A stretch of 57,495 nucleotides of DNA from Ktedonobacteria bacterium (GTDB taxonomy: Bacteria > Chloroflexota > Ktedonobacteria > Ktedonobacterales > JACDGC01). The notes under the pieces are model-generated. The model made no database searches and was not told the DNA's origin. It worked only from the letters and a program-made list of their open reading frames with translations. The position numbers and the translations under genes were made by a program. The stretch covers positions 1-57,495 of the forward strand of contig DAIDIC010000070.1 of assembly GCA_027459525.1 (NCBI GenBank). Reading direction: 5' to 3'. Of the stretch, positions 56,871 to 57,495 are shown one piece after another (the stretch's first letter is position 1; the number at the start of each line of letters is the position of its first letter).

Positions 56871-57495
56871 TTACTGAGAGAGTGTTCCTAGCACAGTAAT
56901 TTTTCCTGTGGTAATATCTAGTGATTCCAAGGTATAGAAGATATCCCCAGTGTTTCCTGGAGCCAGTGTCGGGTTTCCTAGCAAAAGATGTGTTTCGTCA
57001 ATCCATCCAAGAAGTTCTGAACGACGAGTATGATTATCATAGGGAATTTGGACAGGAGTACCATTACGAGTGTTGATAATATAAAAATTATAATCACCAC
57101 CGACAACAGCTTCTTTGTCTCCTTGTGGTGACCAATACGATTCATATGCCAAAAACTGTAACGGCGCATATCGAACAGGGGTAGCACCGTGAATATCGAT
57201 GGTCATAAATTGGCTGAGATCCATGCTGAAGGTATGTCCATCCGGGCTGAGAGAACTACAAAGCAGTTGAAGATTATTGTAGGCTGGAGAAATAATCTCA
57301 GGGTCTTGAATTTGCAACCCTGTTTGGTCGTGTTTGCCATCGAGGGTAACGCCATGCAGTGTGCCTGTTTTATCAATATACGCCACTTGCCATTGCGAGG
57401 AAACGAGGAATGGCGCGGTAGGGTGAGGGGTTGCCGTTGGCGCCGGTGCGGGAGTTGTGTGGATGGCAACAGGTGCGCCGGAGCAAGCGGAAAAG
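56871..57495 (-). pseudogene. 3'-truncated paralog of the beta-propeller lipoprotein (1325-2590); its 5' end runs off the window
   Basis: Minus strand reads FSACSGAPVAIHTTPAPAPTATPHPTAPFLVSSQWQVAYIDKTG... and is colinear with the left copy until GTL. It then stops at TAA; about 170 C-terminal residues are missing. Confidence 0.85.

Overview
Gene-dense bacterial chromosomal segment of intermediate GC. Gene content (fhaA-fhaB-rodA, Ycf45-like ATPase, several Hanks-kinase/PP2C/FHA genes) suggests a monoderm Terrabacteria member, possibly Chloroflexota/Ktedonobacteria; this is inference only. Left to right: (1) a secreted LysM-like/C39-like cysteine peptidase followed by a beta-propeller lipoprotein; (2) an amino-sugar/peptidoglycan-recycling regulon (nagZ, MurK-like kinase, murQ, NagR/DasR-type GntR, nagA, SIS-type deaminase, family-5 ABC importer) with visible dre-like operators and a perfectly spaced sigma70 promoter; (3) a minus-strand signalling cluster: Ser/Thr kinase, two tandem thymidylate-kinase-like genes, a low-GC SdpI islet, PP2C, Zn-ribbon/pseudokinase-lobe PP2C, vWA and Zn-ribbon FHA; (4) mixed housekeeping and regulatory genes (Rrf2-sufC, PAS histidine kinase, MCP, rodA-fhaB-fhaA-ribF, ALDH, Ycf45-like, Crp with a class II target, ftsW, two GT4s); (5) an unusual run of SPFH, degenerate ParA/MinD, atypical receiver with MshEN-like repeats, and a degenerate CpaF ATPase; (6) an inverted, truncated, mosaic paralog of the left-end lipoprotein. 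Two copies of a ~135-bp MITE-like repeat and several strongly structured intergenic RNAs are present. No rRNA, tRNA, CRISPR array or intact transposase was found. The best candidates for novel systems are the peptidase/propeller pair, the kinase-(tmk)2-PP2C-vWA-FHA cluster and the SPFH-ParA-REC/MshEN-CpaF cluster. All annotations come from reading motifs by eye; no searches were run.
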